Below the pieces are notes generated by a model, which did not search any database, was not told the origin of the DNA, and worked only from the letters and a program-made list of their open reading frames with translations. A program made the position numbers and the translations under genes. A stretch of 58,007 bases of DNA, the filler included, from Platydemus manokwari (taxonomy: Eukaryota), in NCBI GenBank assembly GCA_037951405.1. It is 4 parts of 4 records of this genome, joined end to end, with 100 filler letters (N's around TTAATTAATTAA, not from the genome) between each part and the next. Parts side by side here need not be neighbours in the genome. Positions count along the whole stretch, not along the records: positions 38,750 to 48,721 come from JBBMOY011183322.1; positions 48,822 to 58,007 come from JBBMOY011286317.1; 2 more parts are not named here. The stretch is one strand, 5' to 3'. How positions within the stretch are numbered: the first letter of the stretch is position 1; the number at the start of each line of letters is the position of its first letter. Below, piece after piece: positions 40,475 through 53,681 of the stretch.

Positions 40475-41186
40475 GTTAATTACAGCAATGATTTAAGTCT
40501 GTATGGAAATGCACAAATATTATTAACTTGTTTGGGAAGCGCTTCAGCAGTTGGGCCTTTAATAAATCCATTATTTATTGATAAATTTGAAGAACATATT
40601 TCGAAGTTCAGAATTTTTCAAATTTTTGTTTTGATATATGGTCTAGCTGTCACTTTCTTACCTTTAGTGAATAATTTTAATATTCTTATGTTTCTCTGTG
40701 TGCTTATCGGATATGCCGATGGGTCATTCTCAACGCTCGTAGTTCCCTTAATTATTGATCTGGTTGGTACCGAACAAGCTGGTCATTGTATTGGTATTTA
40801 TTATGGATCAATCTCCATATCAGTTACTATTGCAGCACCTTTGGCAGGTACAGTCATAATGATTCTTATGAATTATTTAATTTTTGAAGGCTTCATATTT
40901 GATTCTTATAACTCTTACACGCCTGCATTTTATGCGGCAGGACTGTTTTTCATTTCAGGAGGTTTAATGTTATCATTGACACACAAAAATTTTAAAGTAT
41001 ATCATATTGATTGTTATATTAAAATTCTAAATATCTTTATTTAAGTATAATGAAACGAAGATGACGTCATCAGAATTGGCTACTATGATTAACTCCAAAC
41101 TTTCTCCCAGTCAACTTAACGAAGAGAAAGAAGAGTCTCGAAAAACGACAAGCCACCAAACGGAAGAAATAATTAACGTTAAATAG
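40475..41186 (+). CDS. SLC16 monocarboxylate/aromatic amino-acid transporter family, last three exons (5' partial)
   Basis: Exons 40475-40847, 40890-40996 and 41046-41186. Motifs IGYADGSFSTLVVPLIIDLVG, AGHCIG, APLAG-FIFDSYNSYTPAFYAAG are typical of SLC16 TM10-12. Confidence 0.85.
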
Positions 41187-44059
41187 TTTTAAATAATACA
41201 TTTAGTCAGATGAATTTAGTATTTTGAAATACGAAAAAACGCGTATCAAAATGATATAATAAAGAAATAATAATGAAAAAAATTTACAAAGAGAAAATTA
41301 ATGATAAAAATTTGCAAATACTAAATTTTTTACAAGAAAGTAATTTAAATTTTACTAAAAACAAGAAAAAGAAAGTTTTAAAATTTGTAAAAAATAAAAG
41401 CAAAAACTTAAATAAAGATTGATTTGTCTTTATTGAATATATAGAAGTTACAACAAATGCAGTAAACTTTACAAAGGAAAGATAATTTACTTTGCAAATC
41501 AATAAATAAAAAAGGCATTATACCAGTAAAAAAGTGAACAAAACCAGAAAATTACAAACAAAGAAACTGATAATAAATTATGGGATGAGACGAAGTCTAG
41601 TGTTAAGTATGCAATGAAATAAGCTTTTTAAAAAATAATTAAAAGTTTTGAATAAGTATTTTATAAAAAATTATAAAATAAAATATTCAGTAATTTAGTT
41701 ACATCAAAAAATATAAATTATTAGAATGTCCCAGAATAATAAATTATTTTAATGTTGTGTGCAATAACATTATGGAAACAATCCATTCTTGGCAAAATTG
41801 CCCGTTGAAAGCCATGTTTTGTTTATATTTGAGTTTGAATATTGTCAGTTTGAAAGCCAAGTTTGGGTTGAGATTATGTAATTCGTGTATTGATCAATAC
41901 ACCGAGAAATACATTCACCTTCAAATTGGAGTCAAGTTTTATTAATTGCTTGTAATAACATCAACATTAGTAAGGTTAAAAAAAATGGAACAAAGACACT
42001 CAAATATTAACAGATAAAATAGTATGAATATTCACGAATAAATCACTCATTTAAACTTATCTAACATTTCATTTGAAACACTTTAGTACAAGTCGAAGAT
42101 TATCCGTTACTACTATGGACTAAACAATTTTTCTATATTATCTTATTAATTTTATCAGGTCACTGAAATGCAATATTTAAATATACATCACCTTGAATAC
42201 TGAGGAGGAAGATGGTCATTTTGTATTAGATCTTTGGAATAATATTCGTCGAAAAGCATTTTTACAAATATATAATTTAAATTGAATAATTATTAGTAGT
42301 CTCGGATGTCATCCAAGGTTTAAAATTTTTTAACAATATTAATGACAAAAAATGTTTCAGATTCATGGAATAGAAAATTTGATTTAGCTATTTAAATATT
42401 CAATACACTTATACCTAGATAATTTGTATAAACTTGAGATTGACTGTGACCTATGTTTTTATTATCTATCCTTGCGATATTGAATTTATTTAAATGCTCT
42501 TTTACATTTATTCATTTACTCAGAACATTTATTAATTTAAATATTTGGGCTATATTAATAATTGTAACATTCCCCATCAATTTTTTCAAATTTTATGATT
42601 CATATATTGTTTATGATGTTATTTGAAATTAATTTTGATAAATTGGACTTGTAATTGATGTATCTGTAGGTTATTATCAATTTTAAAAATAAGTAGATTC
42701 ATGACATTAAAAGTGTAGAAACTTGCTTGATGATTGATAAGTTATTTAAAGTTGATTACAGTTTAACCTGTTACTGGTTCTTAAGGGGCGTCGGTAATGA
42801 GTATCGGTAAATTAACTGAAAGCTTCTAAATGTTCAGTTAAAGCAAGTAATACACTAAGTGATTTAATTTGATTATAATAAGAAAGCTGAGTTTGGTCGC
42901 TGTGTTCTAAATTTAATATATTTAATATAGATATATAATACTAATTTATTTTAAATATGGTAACGACGTTGATTATTGGTAATTATTATGTTATATGATA
43001 GAATAACTCACTAGAAGATATACGCTATGAATTAATTTATTTAGAAAAAACAAATATTAACAAAAGTTGAATCAATAACAAAAAGAATTTAAATTCAATA
43101 GTTACACGTTGCCGTAGCAAGTAGCCGACAAAATCCGAAAGCGGACGGAACAGTGGGCAATATATGGAAAATAGATTTTGGCAGATTTAAATATCGTGAT
43201 AATTATTATTTATCATAAAATTATGAATGGTACAATTTATTATAACTTTGTAATAAAGAAATTAGATATTAATTACGAGATGATAAACAATGAACATATA
43301 CTATCAAATAAAAGTTTACTCCGTGCAATTGTTACGACCGTCTAAGGTTCAAGAAATGAGTTGATTTTCAATAAATCCTGGTGTGCTGATCAACAACTCC
43401 TTTAATTCGATATCCGCCAAGTTCAAAATTTGTCTATTACAATTAAGATTTGCTGTGGCGATTGTGGTTCTCATTAATATTTCAGTATTTTTGTGGGTGG
43501 TCTAACAGTGTATATTGTTAAGTATTTATACTATGGTTTGTTGGCTACTCAAGCAGCCTCCGCTATCTTTTGGGCCATGCTTATGGTCTCCGCTTTTTTA
43601 TTTTGGCTTTTTTCTCTTTTTTTCTTATTATAATAAAAATTGCACTTTTATTTTTTATTAAATTTTATTTTATATTTTATTTTATTATATTATTTTTCTT
43701 TATTAATTTTTTCTATTCCTTTATATCTGCCAAAATCTCATCCTATCGTCCGCGTCATTACATAATATCTAAAAATATAAAAATAATCAAGATTTTGGTT
43801 ATACACCAAAAATAAAAGTTGTTGCTACAAAATTGTAAAAATAAATTCTAATTATTTCAGTAAAATATAAATTAAACAAATATAAAAGTTTGCACCAAGC
43901 ACATTCAAATTGTTTTTCTTCTAAAATAGAATTGTTATGATACTGCAAATTGTTATGATACTGTGTCAGTCATTTGTACTTCAGGCATGCCATTCTTTCT
44001 GCATCCTAGTATTCTTATTCTCTTTTCGGCTACTTTTAGGCTTTATCCATAATCAAAAG

Positions 44060-44772
44060 TGGTGTTATCTTGTATATATATAGTAGGCATTATAGACCAA
44101 TTTAGCAGATATATGTCACTTAAACCAATAAGTAAACAGAATGAAGAAACAATAGAGAAAATGATTCGAGATCAATGGGTTTTGAAGTACGGTGCATCAA
44201 AAGAAATACATGTAGATTGTGGTAAATGTTTTGAATCACAGAGAATCAACGAGATGGCTTTTAGGATGTGAACAGATATAATATTTTCCAGTCCATATCA
44301 CCATAATACAAATGGATTGATTGGGAGACAATTTAGAACGATAAGAGACTATATAAATGAGACAGTGAAGGATAGGCAACACACAAACTGGGTTTCAATA
44401 TTACCAGAAATCTAATATATGCTGAACGCGACAATACAAAAAACCATTGATGTTTGTCCAGCAGAAGTTATATTTGGAAGGAAGATAAACAGATCACGTT
44501 GGTATGACAACATCAGAGTGAGTCGAGAGGAAATTAAACGAAACATTGAGGATAAACAAAAAAGAGAAACAATGGAAATAACAAAACGCAAATTTAAGGT
44601 ATTAGTAAAAAAAGAAGTACGAAATAAAGATCAAGAAAGATATGATGGTCCGTACGAAGTAATAGGAAAAAATCATGAAAGAAGTTACCAATTACAAGAT
44701 AAAAATGGTACAGTAATAAGAAGGAATATAGAGAAAATTAAAAATTTTAAAAAAGGGAGATGTGTGCATTAA
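44060..44772 (+). mobile_element. Ty3/Gypsy integrase fragment with PPT and start of the 3' LTR
   Basis: GIIDQFSRY, KYGASKEIHVDCGKCFES, FSSPYHHNTNGLIGRQFRTI, MLNATIQKTIDVCPAEVIFGR, RYDGPY; two in-frame stops; AAAAAGGGAGA-TG at 44750-44762. Same lineage as the 7.6-9.6 kb element. Confidence 0.9.
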
Positions 44773-45834
44773 TTTTAATTAAATAAATAATAAATTTTAA
44801 AAAAATAGTGTTTTAAAATTTATTATATAAAATAAAATAATTTAAAAAATTATTTTAATATTGTTTTATATAAACCTGATTCAGATGGATATCGAAATTT
44901 TCCGGAATTATAATTTGTTTAAAACATTGTATTAAGTGTTGGAATTAAATAAATTTTAAGAAAATTAGTTCTTCTGTTGAACCATAAATTACAAGCGAAG
45001 TAGCTGCTACTAACATATTGTATGAATGCGATTGCTATATACATGGATTTATATTATGTGTAAGTTGTGCTGTACTGAAGGTTGTGTTGATTAATGGTTT
45101 AAACTGCTGTACATGGGTTGTTGTACATGAGTTATTGGTTAATGATTAGTTGGATAGTTAGTTGGGTGGGTGCTCCCAATAATAATATAAATTCATTATT
45201 GCATAATATTGTACGTCTATTTATAAAAATTTAAGTAAACTTGTCATACCTGATAATAGTAAATACAAGTAAAACGGATTATAAATTTAATACGTTTGAA
45301 TCAGTTGGGTGTAATATGTAAATAAAGAAGTTTTGATTGGGTTGAATTATTGAGTAATAAACATTTCATATACAAAAAGTAATGTCTAGAAACGCTATTT
45401 AATCGGCACTAAATTGAGGAAGAATCTTAAACTACTTTTGTTTTGATTTTATTTTAGTATTAATTTATTATTTATAATTTTTTATTTCAGTTTATTAATT
45501 ACAATTTCGATACCGCAATTACTGAAAAATGTCATCAAAGTTGCATATGTAAACATATCTGATAATTTTCTAATAATAGAAATCATTTTCACTTTACGAT
45601 TTGACAAGAACATTTATATTACACAACTTTAATACTTTTAACTAACTAATATCAATGTTTTAAAATTTCGTTCCATTTTTAGATGTTGGATTTTAGATTA
45701 TTTTCATGGATTATATAATTTAATATTTAAAACAATAACCAATAATGTTAAATAATTTAAAGAATAGTTGCTAAGATCAACAAAGGAACAATTTGAATAT
45801 TAAATAACAATATATTTAACAAAATTTTGTCTTG

Positions 45835-48708
45835 ATGGATTTAAATAAAATAATGGAAATAAAAATGTTTCCATATATCGATGCGTGTCATTATACTTTA
45901 ATGAGTATGGCTGTTCGTGAAGACGCCCAACAATCCGGTTGTTTGTAATATGATGAAATAATTAATTAATTAATAATTTATTTCCCTTAAAGGAAATCCT
46001 TTATTTTCCAAAAGTCACCCTTTAGGTTGTTGGATGGCTTCTATTACAATGTGCTTTGCCGGAAATATTATTTCAAGTTCATTATTAGGAGATTCACTTT
46101 TATATCCGTTTCATGATGTAAATGGCATTATATTAGCTACAATTTGTTGGTAAAAGAAATAATTATTTATTATCAATATAATTAATTTTTCAGGTACTTG
46201 GTTAATTTTTCACCATACGATATAATCTATAAGATTTGTTGTAAATTACCCATTCGAGTCACTATATGTCTTTTGAAAGAAATTCAAAGAACATTTAAAA
46301 TTCATGTCGCTGTTTTGACAGCCAGTCAAAAATATGAACACGCATATCTGGTGTGGATTATCATAGGAATGACAAAGGGTATTTTGTTGTTTAAAAATCA
46401 ACTTCACCCATTTTTATTTCGTCCACACTTAAGAATATTTTCATATTGATTACTCCATCTCCATAATTTGTCTTCTTTCATTTTCTATTAATTTCATTGG
46501 ACCAGATATATTGTTTGAGTCTGACTAGTTGTTTATGTTTTGTATGTTCAGAAGGATTTTAACTCGTTTAAAACAAAATTATATATATTGTGGAGTAATA
46601 GAAACAGTGTAAATAAATAAGAAATTAATGAAAATATAACAATATAATTAAATTAAATGATTTACAGATATCTAACAATAACAATTAACAAATATTAATC
46701 AACCAATTAATCAACTGATAATTATTAAATGACACGTTTACAAATAAGCTGCAAGTTTTAAGATAGCTCGGACATACAAAATCCGTCAAGTATAAAGTTA
46801 AGAGAATCTGGTTTTACACTAGATTTTAGTCGATTAATAAATGAGTTATTGGAACAGGTCCAAGTCATTTTCAATTAAAAATGTTTAATAAAATTTTCAT
46901 ATTAAAATCCATTAAATTCGTTAGATTGATAAAAATTAAATTTACTTTGTTAGGACAATTGCATAGAAAATAACTCCTATTTTTCTTTCTAATGCCTAGC
47001 TCTCTTAAATTTTTTAATGATTCTATTATATTATTATTTTGGAGTGTTTAGCACTCAACAATTTTGTCTTCAACTAAAACATTCTATCCTTGTATCGATG
47101 GAAAAATATTTCACAGTCATTTCGGTTTTCTATTTCAAAGACTGTTAACTCTTGATCTCTAATACTTATACAAATCCTTATATGTATTGTTCATCACATA
47201 TCTTCTTTTCTAAGTTTACAATCATATCTGTATGAATATGATATACCTTATACTTTCTAAGATGGTACTATTTGTAAAGGTTATTAGATTTTAGCTATAA
47301 ATGTGCAATTTGTAAAAAGGTTCTAATAGATTCGTTCAATATCAGGCTCCAAAGATATTAGATACAACTATTTGCAATTTCTCCTAACTATCCGGCTTCT
47401 TCTGAGAAATTAATGTTCGTAACCTCAAATGGAAATTGTGTATATAATTTAATGTATATAAACAAAAGTAAATAATGAGAATTAAAATATAAAAAATTTA
47501 TGGAACTCCAATAACAATGAGATAACAATAGATTTTAATAAGAAAATATACAGATAATTATCCCTCAAGCATTTTTAATTGTCTATCGGGTCATATAAAA
47601 TGCTGGCATACAACCTTTACAATCGCAGAGAAGATGATGTGTATAAATTAGAAAGTACATTAATTTAATTAAAAACTGGCCACTAAACCTATTGCACGGC
47701 TTTGGGTAAAAGTGAAATAATTTTTTACTAGAGTTCACAGCTTCAGAATAACAGAAAATGTTTCTTATATAAATCAATTGAAAAATAATAGTTTTATATA
47801 AACTGAAAGTATCATTGAACAATATTCGTGATATATGTTGGCTGAACTGTATGATAAAATTTCTTGTTTCTCTCTGTAAGAGATTTGTATAGTAAGTGTC
47901 AAATTATTGTTACGTCGTTCATTCTAATACCAAGTCCTCTAGTGCGACCTTTATATCTGAAGAAAACCGGCTATGCATTGTTGGGTAGATTACAAATCAA
48001 TCAAAAAGGTTACAAGAACCAAATAAATAACCCTAAAAAGGGTAATTACTCAAACCCAATAAGCATATGTGCCGTCCATCAATCAGATTAGTTCTAATAT
48101 TAATATATATTTAGTAGCTAAGAATCGACAGGAACATACCTACATACGGCAGTACCGATGGCACGAGAGATGCGAGGAAAATTTCAAGTATATCGATTCT
48201 CAAGCAAATTCAGCAAATGTAAAACGAAGATCCGTGACATCAAGTAGACATCCGACAGGTCTATAAAAGAGTTCGAGTTCCATGAATATTTGCCAGTCTT
48301 TTTTGGCCGGTAACTTGAGTGCTTAGCTTATCTTTGTGGAATTTTTAGTAATCAGAGTTTTTGATTAATTTCCATTCTGTTTTTGACTTTCCTGCGCTGA
48401 TCCTGTCTTGAGTGATTTGCTGTTGTTATTGAGAATTTGATTGCAATATTTTTGGTTAATACAATTTTCAGATCTAAATTGTTGATTGATAACTCAGCAG
48501 TATGTAATTTGAATGAATAGATTAATTTATATACTTTCTTGAAATTGCTTATTTTATTTCAAAGCTTATAATATAAATTTTAACTTTTTAAATATTGAAT
48601 TAAATTATTTCCATTTTAAGGTTCTGGTAGTTCGTTTATGAGATCACTGATATCAATACTTTTCCTTTCAAACTATCAAACTTCAAATGCTAAATATAAA
48701 GTACCAAC
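45835..48708 (+). CDS. TMEM38: Trimeric intracellular cation channel (TRIC), first four exons (3' partial at gap)
   Basis: Exons 45835-45937, 45993-46149, 46194-46378 and 48621-48708 encode MFPYIDACHY, HPLGCWMASITMCFAGNII, LATICWYLVNFSPYD, LKEIQRTFKI (KEV.R..K hallmark) and KGSGSS. Confidence 0.9.
47908..48508 (+). mobile_element. Possible solo LTR in TMEM38 intron 3
   Basis: Starts TGTTACG, GC-richer than flanks, CTATAAAAG at ~48261 followed by a T-rich R/U5-like tract. 3' end eroded. Confidence 0.35.
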
Positions 48709-48721
48709 GTTAGTTGATCTT

Positions 48722-48821
48722 NNNNNNNNNNNNNNNNNNNNNNNNNNNNNNNNNNNNNNNNNNNNTTAATTAATTAANNNNNNNNNNNNNNNNNNNNNNN
48801 NNNNNNNNNNNNNNNNNNNNN
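48722..48821. other. Artificial contig spacer
   Basis: N44-TTAATTAATTAA-N44. Confidence 0.98.
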
Positions 48822-51605
48822 TGATATGATGAAGTAAAATTGAAATATCAAACGAAAAATATAGTAATAATAATAATGATAACAATAATATAGAAATTTA
48901 AAAAAATACAAATGTGGAAAGGTTCAGATTAATATATCAGTAATTAGTGCCGGTCTTATTTATTTAGCCAATTTAAACACATAAGCAGGTACACCGTGAC
49001 AATATAATGGATAATTCATCATATAATTAAAACAGAACACATTAAGAGAAAACGTTAAGAATCAATGGAGTTTTTAACCTGTTATAAGGAAAGCCACATG
49101 AAAATTAAAAAGCTCAAAACATTTCCTACAAAACGACAGGTTGATAGAATTATTGAACTCGAATTTTTTAACTTTCGTAAATCATTATTTAACTTTGTCC
49201 ATTATCAATCATTAATTCTTTCATACAGCTCGGAATTTATAATATAAAATTATTTTTAATCGAATAATTATTTTCACACAATTCTGAGATCTTTACATTC
49301 ATATTTAAAATACTTTTATATCTGCTTTTAATTTATTACTTTTGTAGGTGAAACAAACCATGTCAAGTATTGGAGATTTTGCACACAAGTTCAAAACACA
49401 ACAACATTACAGTGGTCATTAGGACATAAAATCTCTAGAATCTCAAATTATTTTAAATTTTTCAATTAAATTTAAAAAATGACGATTTATTAATAATTTA
49501 TAATAAAATATATTACCTCACATAATACCATAAAATGTTGAGAATGATTATAAATGAATAATTTCATTTTAAATAAGCATCAATGACATACCACATAAAA
49601 GACAAAAATTCTTTGTGAATATTACAAAATTTTTAAATAAACCTTTATTTCAAAATAAACAACAAATATATTGTATTTTTGGTTTAAGTTAAGAAAAAGG
49701 GTCCTTTGATATAATTTCATTTTAATACATTTTAGCTTATGAATTAATTTTAAAATTTTATGTGTGTTATTTTAAATTTCATACAAAAATTTATTTTTAT
49801 TAAATTTTTTAATTTTAGATTGAAAATATAAGAATCAAACGTTCTTCACTAGCATGGTTGTAAATCTATCGTGTTTATAGATTAATGAGCAATTTCGAAT
49901 TGTTAACAGTGTCATGTTGATAATAGATATGTGGTAACCAACTGTAGGACCTCCACTAAACGTATAAATGATTGATAAGACCTTACACATCTTCAATGAA
50001 ATATAATGCTGAACATAGATATAAATTTTATCTTTTAATTTTTTGCTTTTATTATTGCCGTGAATTTATTTTGCACATGAATTACAAAGCAATTGTGATA
50101 TTCCTTATATTCATATTGTGGTAAATTTTGTTTTTGATAATTTGTGATGGTTGATTTATTTACTGAATTTCTTTGGCGGCACACTTCTTCTGATATTAAA
50201 TAGAGACGAAGCAGAATTCTTAAACCAAGTTGCAATTCTAATTACAGTAATTTTTGTATTTATACTATTGAAATCTAGGTGATTTTTTGATTTTGTAAAT
50301 TATTTTTTTACAATATAAATCTACTTACTAAGCTTCTGACATGTTACATAGCGTAATATTACTTCTACTAATAGAATAATTATGAAATTTTTAAGTGTCT
50401 CAATTTGCTTTTAATATTAAGCGAATGGGTTCTAGATATTTTTCAATAATTTGTAATTTGACCTACTTTACCGGTTTTCAGAAATTCACATTTTTTCTGA
50501 GATGTCTAGCTTATAAAATTTTGTCAATTGAAGAATAAAGAAGATTTTTTTATTTGATTACTGATTAAAGTGAAGAAGGCATAAGTAAGGATAATAAAAC
50601 ATTTAAAAAATAAGATATTTTTATAATCAGTAGTAATTTCATGGAATATATTGGTTTATAATAATTGTCATTCTGATTGATTCAAACATATTGTAATTAA
50701 AAGCTTCCATTGAGTTTAATTATATTGAATTGCTGTAGTCAATTAGAATCATATGATTACTAATTTTCATATACATATGGAATTTTGGGCTCAGTATGAG
50801 CAAATGATAGAAAGAAAAGTTGTAAAAGTATTAAAACTGTTTCTGGGTTGATGTGGGCTTATCAGCACCAAGTCACCTATCCAGTTAGTGACATGTTAGT
50901 TACGTCGCTAAAGGCACCATGCATTGAGCGAATATGGTTTAAATCCTACAATAATTGAATTTTCGGTCAACACTGATCTAAGTGGCTACAAAGGAGTACC
51001 GAAAGACATCATAGGAAATGGTTTGCACAAATACTGGATATTCGACTAACAAGATTTATACGAGGGATATCGGAAAGAGATCACCAAATTCATAGTTGGA
51101 GAAATTTTTATTATATGAAAATATTTTGTGTTTGGGAAGGGAATAAAAACTCAAGAGAGTCAGATGAATTGACAACGAGCAGATTGGTATTATAATGAGT
51201 TAGTGAAACATATTATGACAAGATGTCGAAACGGAATAAGTAAGATACACCACAACATCTTATAAATGTGGGTTATCAGAGATGGAAAGTGACAAGGAAA
51301 AGCAGTTCACAATATTTGACAACACCTGAGCCGTCTGAAAAAAGGTATGGAAGAAGTGGAGAGAAATGTAGAGATCAAGCATCCAAAAGGTAATGGGGCA
51401 TAGTGTCGATCTGAATGCCTATTTCCAAATTCAAAAGATTTGAATTTCACATCCCAAATCAAATTCAAGCTCTAAGCCAATGCCATCAATCAGTTCTTTG
51501 ACTTTTAACTTCTGAATAAATTTTATTATCTGATATTTCACACTTGTTTGACCCATTGATGTGTCTTATGAAATTTATTTGGCCTATTTATAGTTGATTG
51601 CAATT

Positions 51606-51705
51606 TGATTACCTTTGTACAAGAATGATTTTTTTATAATTAAAATGTATATTGATTATCTTTGTAAGAAATTATATTGATTACCTTTGTATAAAATGAT
51701 TATTT
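51606..51705. repeat. Three short direct repeats TTGATTAYCTTTGTA
   Basis: Units at ~51606, ~51653 and ~51677. Confidence 0.7.
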
Positions 51706-53681
51706 TAAGAATAAGAATAAGAAAAATATTTATTAAAAATAAAATCAATGGCACAGAATAAAATTAATGGAGTAAGTTGTTTGACACTGAGGTTAATTAT
51801 AGTAATCAAAGTCGATGCGGAAAGTTTAGACGACTGACGGTATAGAGTGTCGAAGGTGGTACGAGTTTGGAGTGAGGTAGTGAATAAGAATATGAATAAC
51901 GGTGCAAAGTACACAAGAACAAACAAATTATAATCAAAATTCTAAAATTCATTGGGTAAAAGTCCAAAAATTAGATAACCCTTGGAAATATTCGGATACA
52001 TTTTAAATAGTTCAATTCAAAAAGTTTATCATTCAATGCTTTGATTGTTTATAATTTTCGTAAAGGCTTTTCAGACCAATATTTTATTCACAATGCTAGG
52101 TACTTTTCTACTGTCAATAATTGTCATATGCAACTTTTTATGTTTTCTGAAGATTCACTTTTCTAAATTGAGATATTATTCACAATTAACTTGCCTGAAT
52201 TAATTGAATTATTGAAAAATTGTATTGATAAATAAATATATAAATCTATCGATATTGAATTCATGTGATTGGAAATATGTGATTGAATAGCGATTTTATT
52301 TATCATGCTTGTTGAGGTATAAGCTTACAATAAAACATGAAAATTATAATTTAAACTACAATATCACAATACAGTTAAAATTTGTCAAAAGTTAATAACA
52401 AATTTTCATACGAGACAGGTCAGCACTCGAAAATCAAACAGAAAATAGAAAACAACCAATAAAACTGGCTGCTAAAAACCACGTAAAGTCATGAATAGAA
52501 TACAGATTACCGACCAAACAAGAATGGTCATTGTTGCCAAAAATTGACTCTTTATAATATTCCCCCACATTGTCACATTGATTAATTTAAACAAATCATT
52601 TTAGAATATTCTATTAATTTTAATTTTTGATATAAGCAATTTATTAATGATTTTCTTTAAGAATATTTCTAATTATGTTTATTTATAATTTTTAATTATT
52701 TTTCAAATTTATTTTTTAAACACTCGACATGTTGTAGAAAAATGATTTGTTAAGTAATATTTCAGAATAAAAAAGAAATTATTAAAAAACTTGAATTTGG
52801 AAAAAATTGTAACCCTTGTCTATATTTAAGCACAAAGACAAATGTTGAAGATAAACATCCATAGTTAATATTCCATTAAAATAAAGAAAATCCGGAAATT
52901 AATTGGACAAAATGTCAAATTATTTTTACACACGGACAAAGGAAGGAAGAAATTTGATAAACAAAAGAAGTAAGAAACAATTCATTAAGAATCAACGGAG
53001 GTAAAAATTCAAATACATATCAAGACAATTCTAATTTGTGGATTCAGTGCACTTAAGACATACTTTAACGTATTGAAAATAAATCAAAGATTAATTTAAA
53101 ATGAAACAAAAAATCAATATTGTCCAAAGGTTTTAATTGCTGCAGCTTAAATATTTACCAAAACTTTTATAGAAATTTTGTAAGGTTTGGCGATGATAAT
53201 TGATCCGTGTTGTGTTTGTCTATTTGACTGAAATTATGTGCATTGAAATGAATTTTTATATTATCGTGTATTTAGAAATTTATTGTGCTTGTGTAAGTTT
53301 GATTCCGTATAAATCAATAAAATATACGCTGTATAATAAATACCAAGTGTCGTTATTTTCGCTAAGATATTTCCATACTTAACAATATCTTGGATAATTG
53401 TTATTTTTATCATTTTACCTAGAGAATGGATCGTTAGTTTTATGTTTGCTTCACATAGCTTTTAAGCGATTGACAATAGAAAGGTGCACATCAAAAAACT
53501 AATGTTAGTGATGTTATCGAAAAAGTCGTAGTCATAAATGAGATTGATATTTTTCTCAACTCTTATCCTTTCAATATATTTTGTTAGAAATTATAAACCA
53601 ATAAAATAAAAATCACAGAAACTCGTGCAATAATAATGAAATTTAAATAAACTCCAATTGTAAACATCTGTAAATATGATT

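Noticed and set aside
43336-43346. TTAGACGGTC (minus strand) resembling the planarian spliced leader as I recall it
   Set aside because: Only 10 nt match; no rest of the leader, donor or Sm site.
26284-48821. Recurrent TTAATTAATTAA palindrome in N runs
   Set aside because: Artificial six-frame-stop contig linker, not biology.
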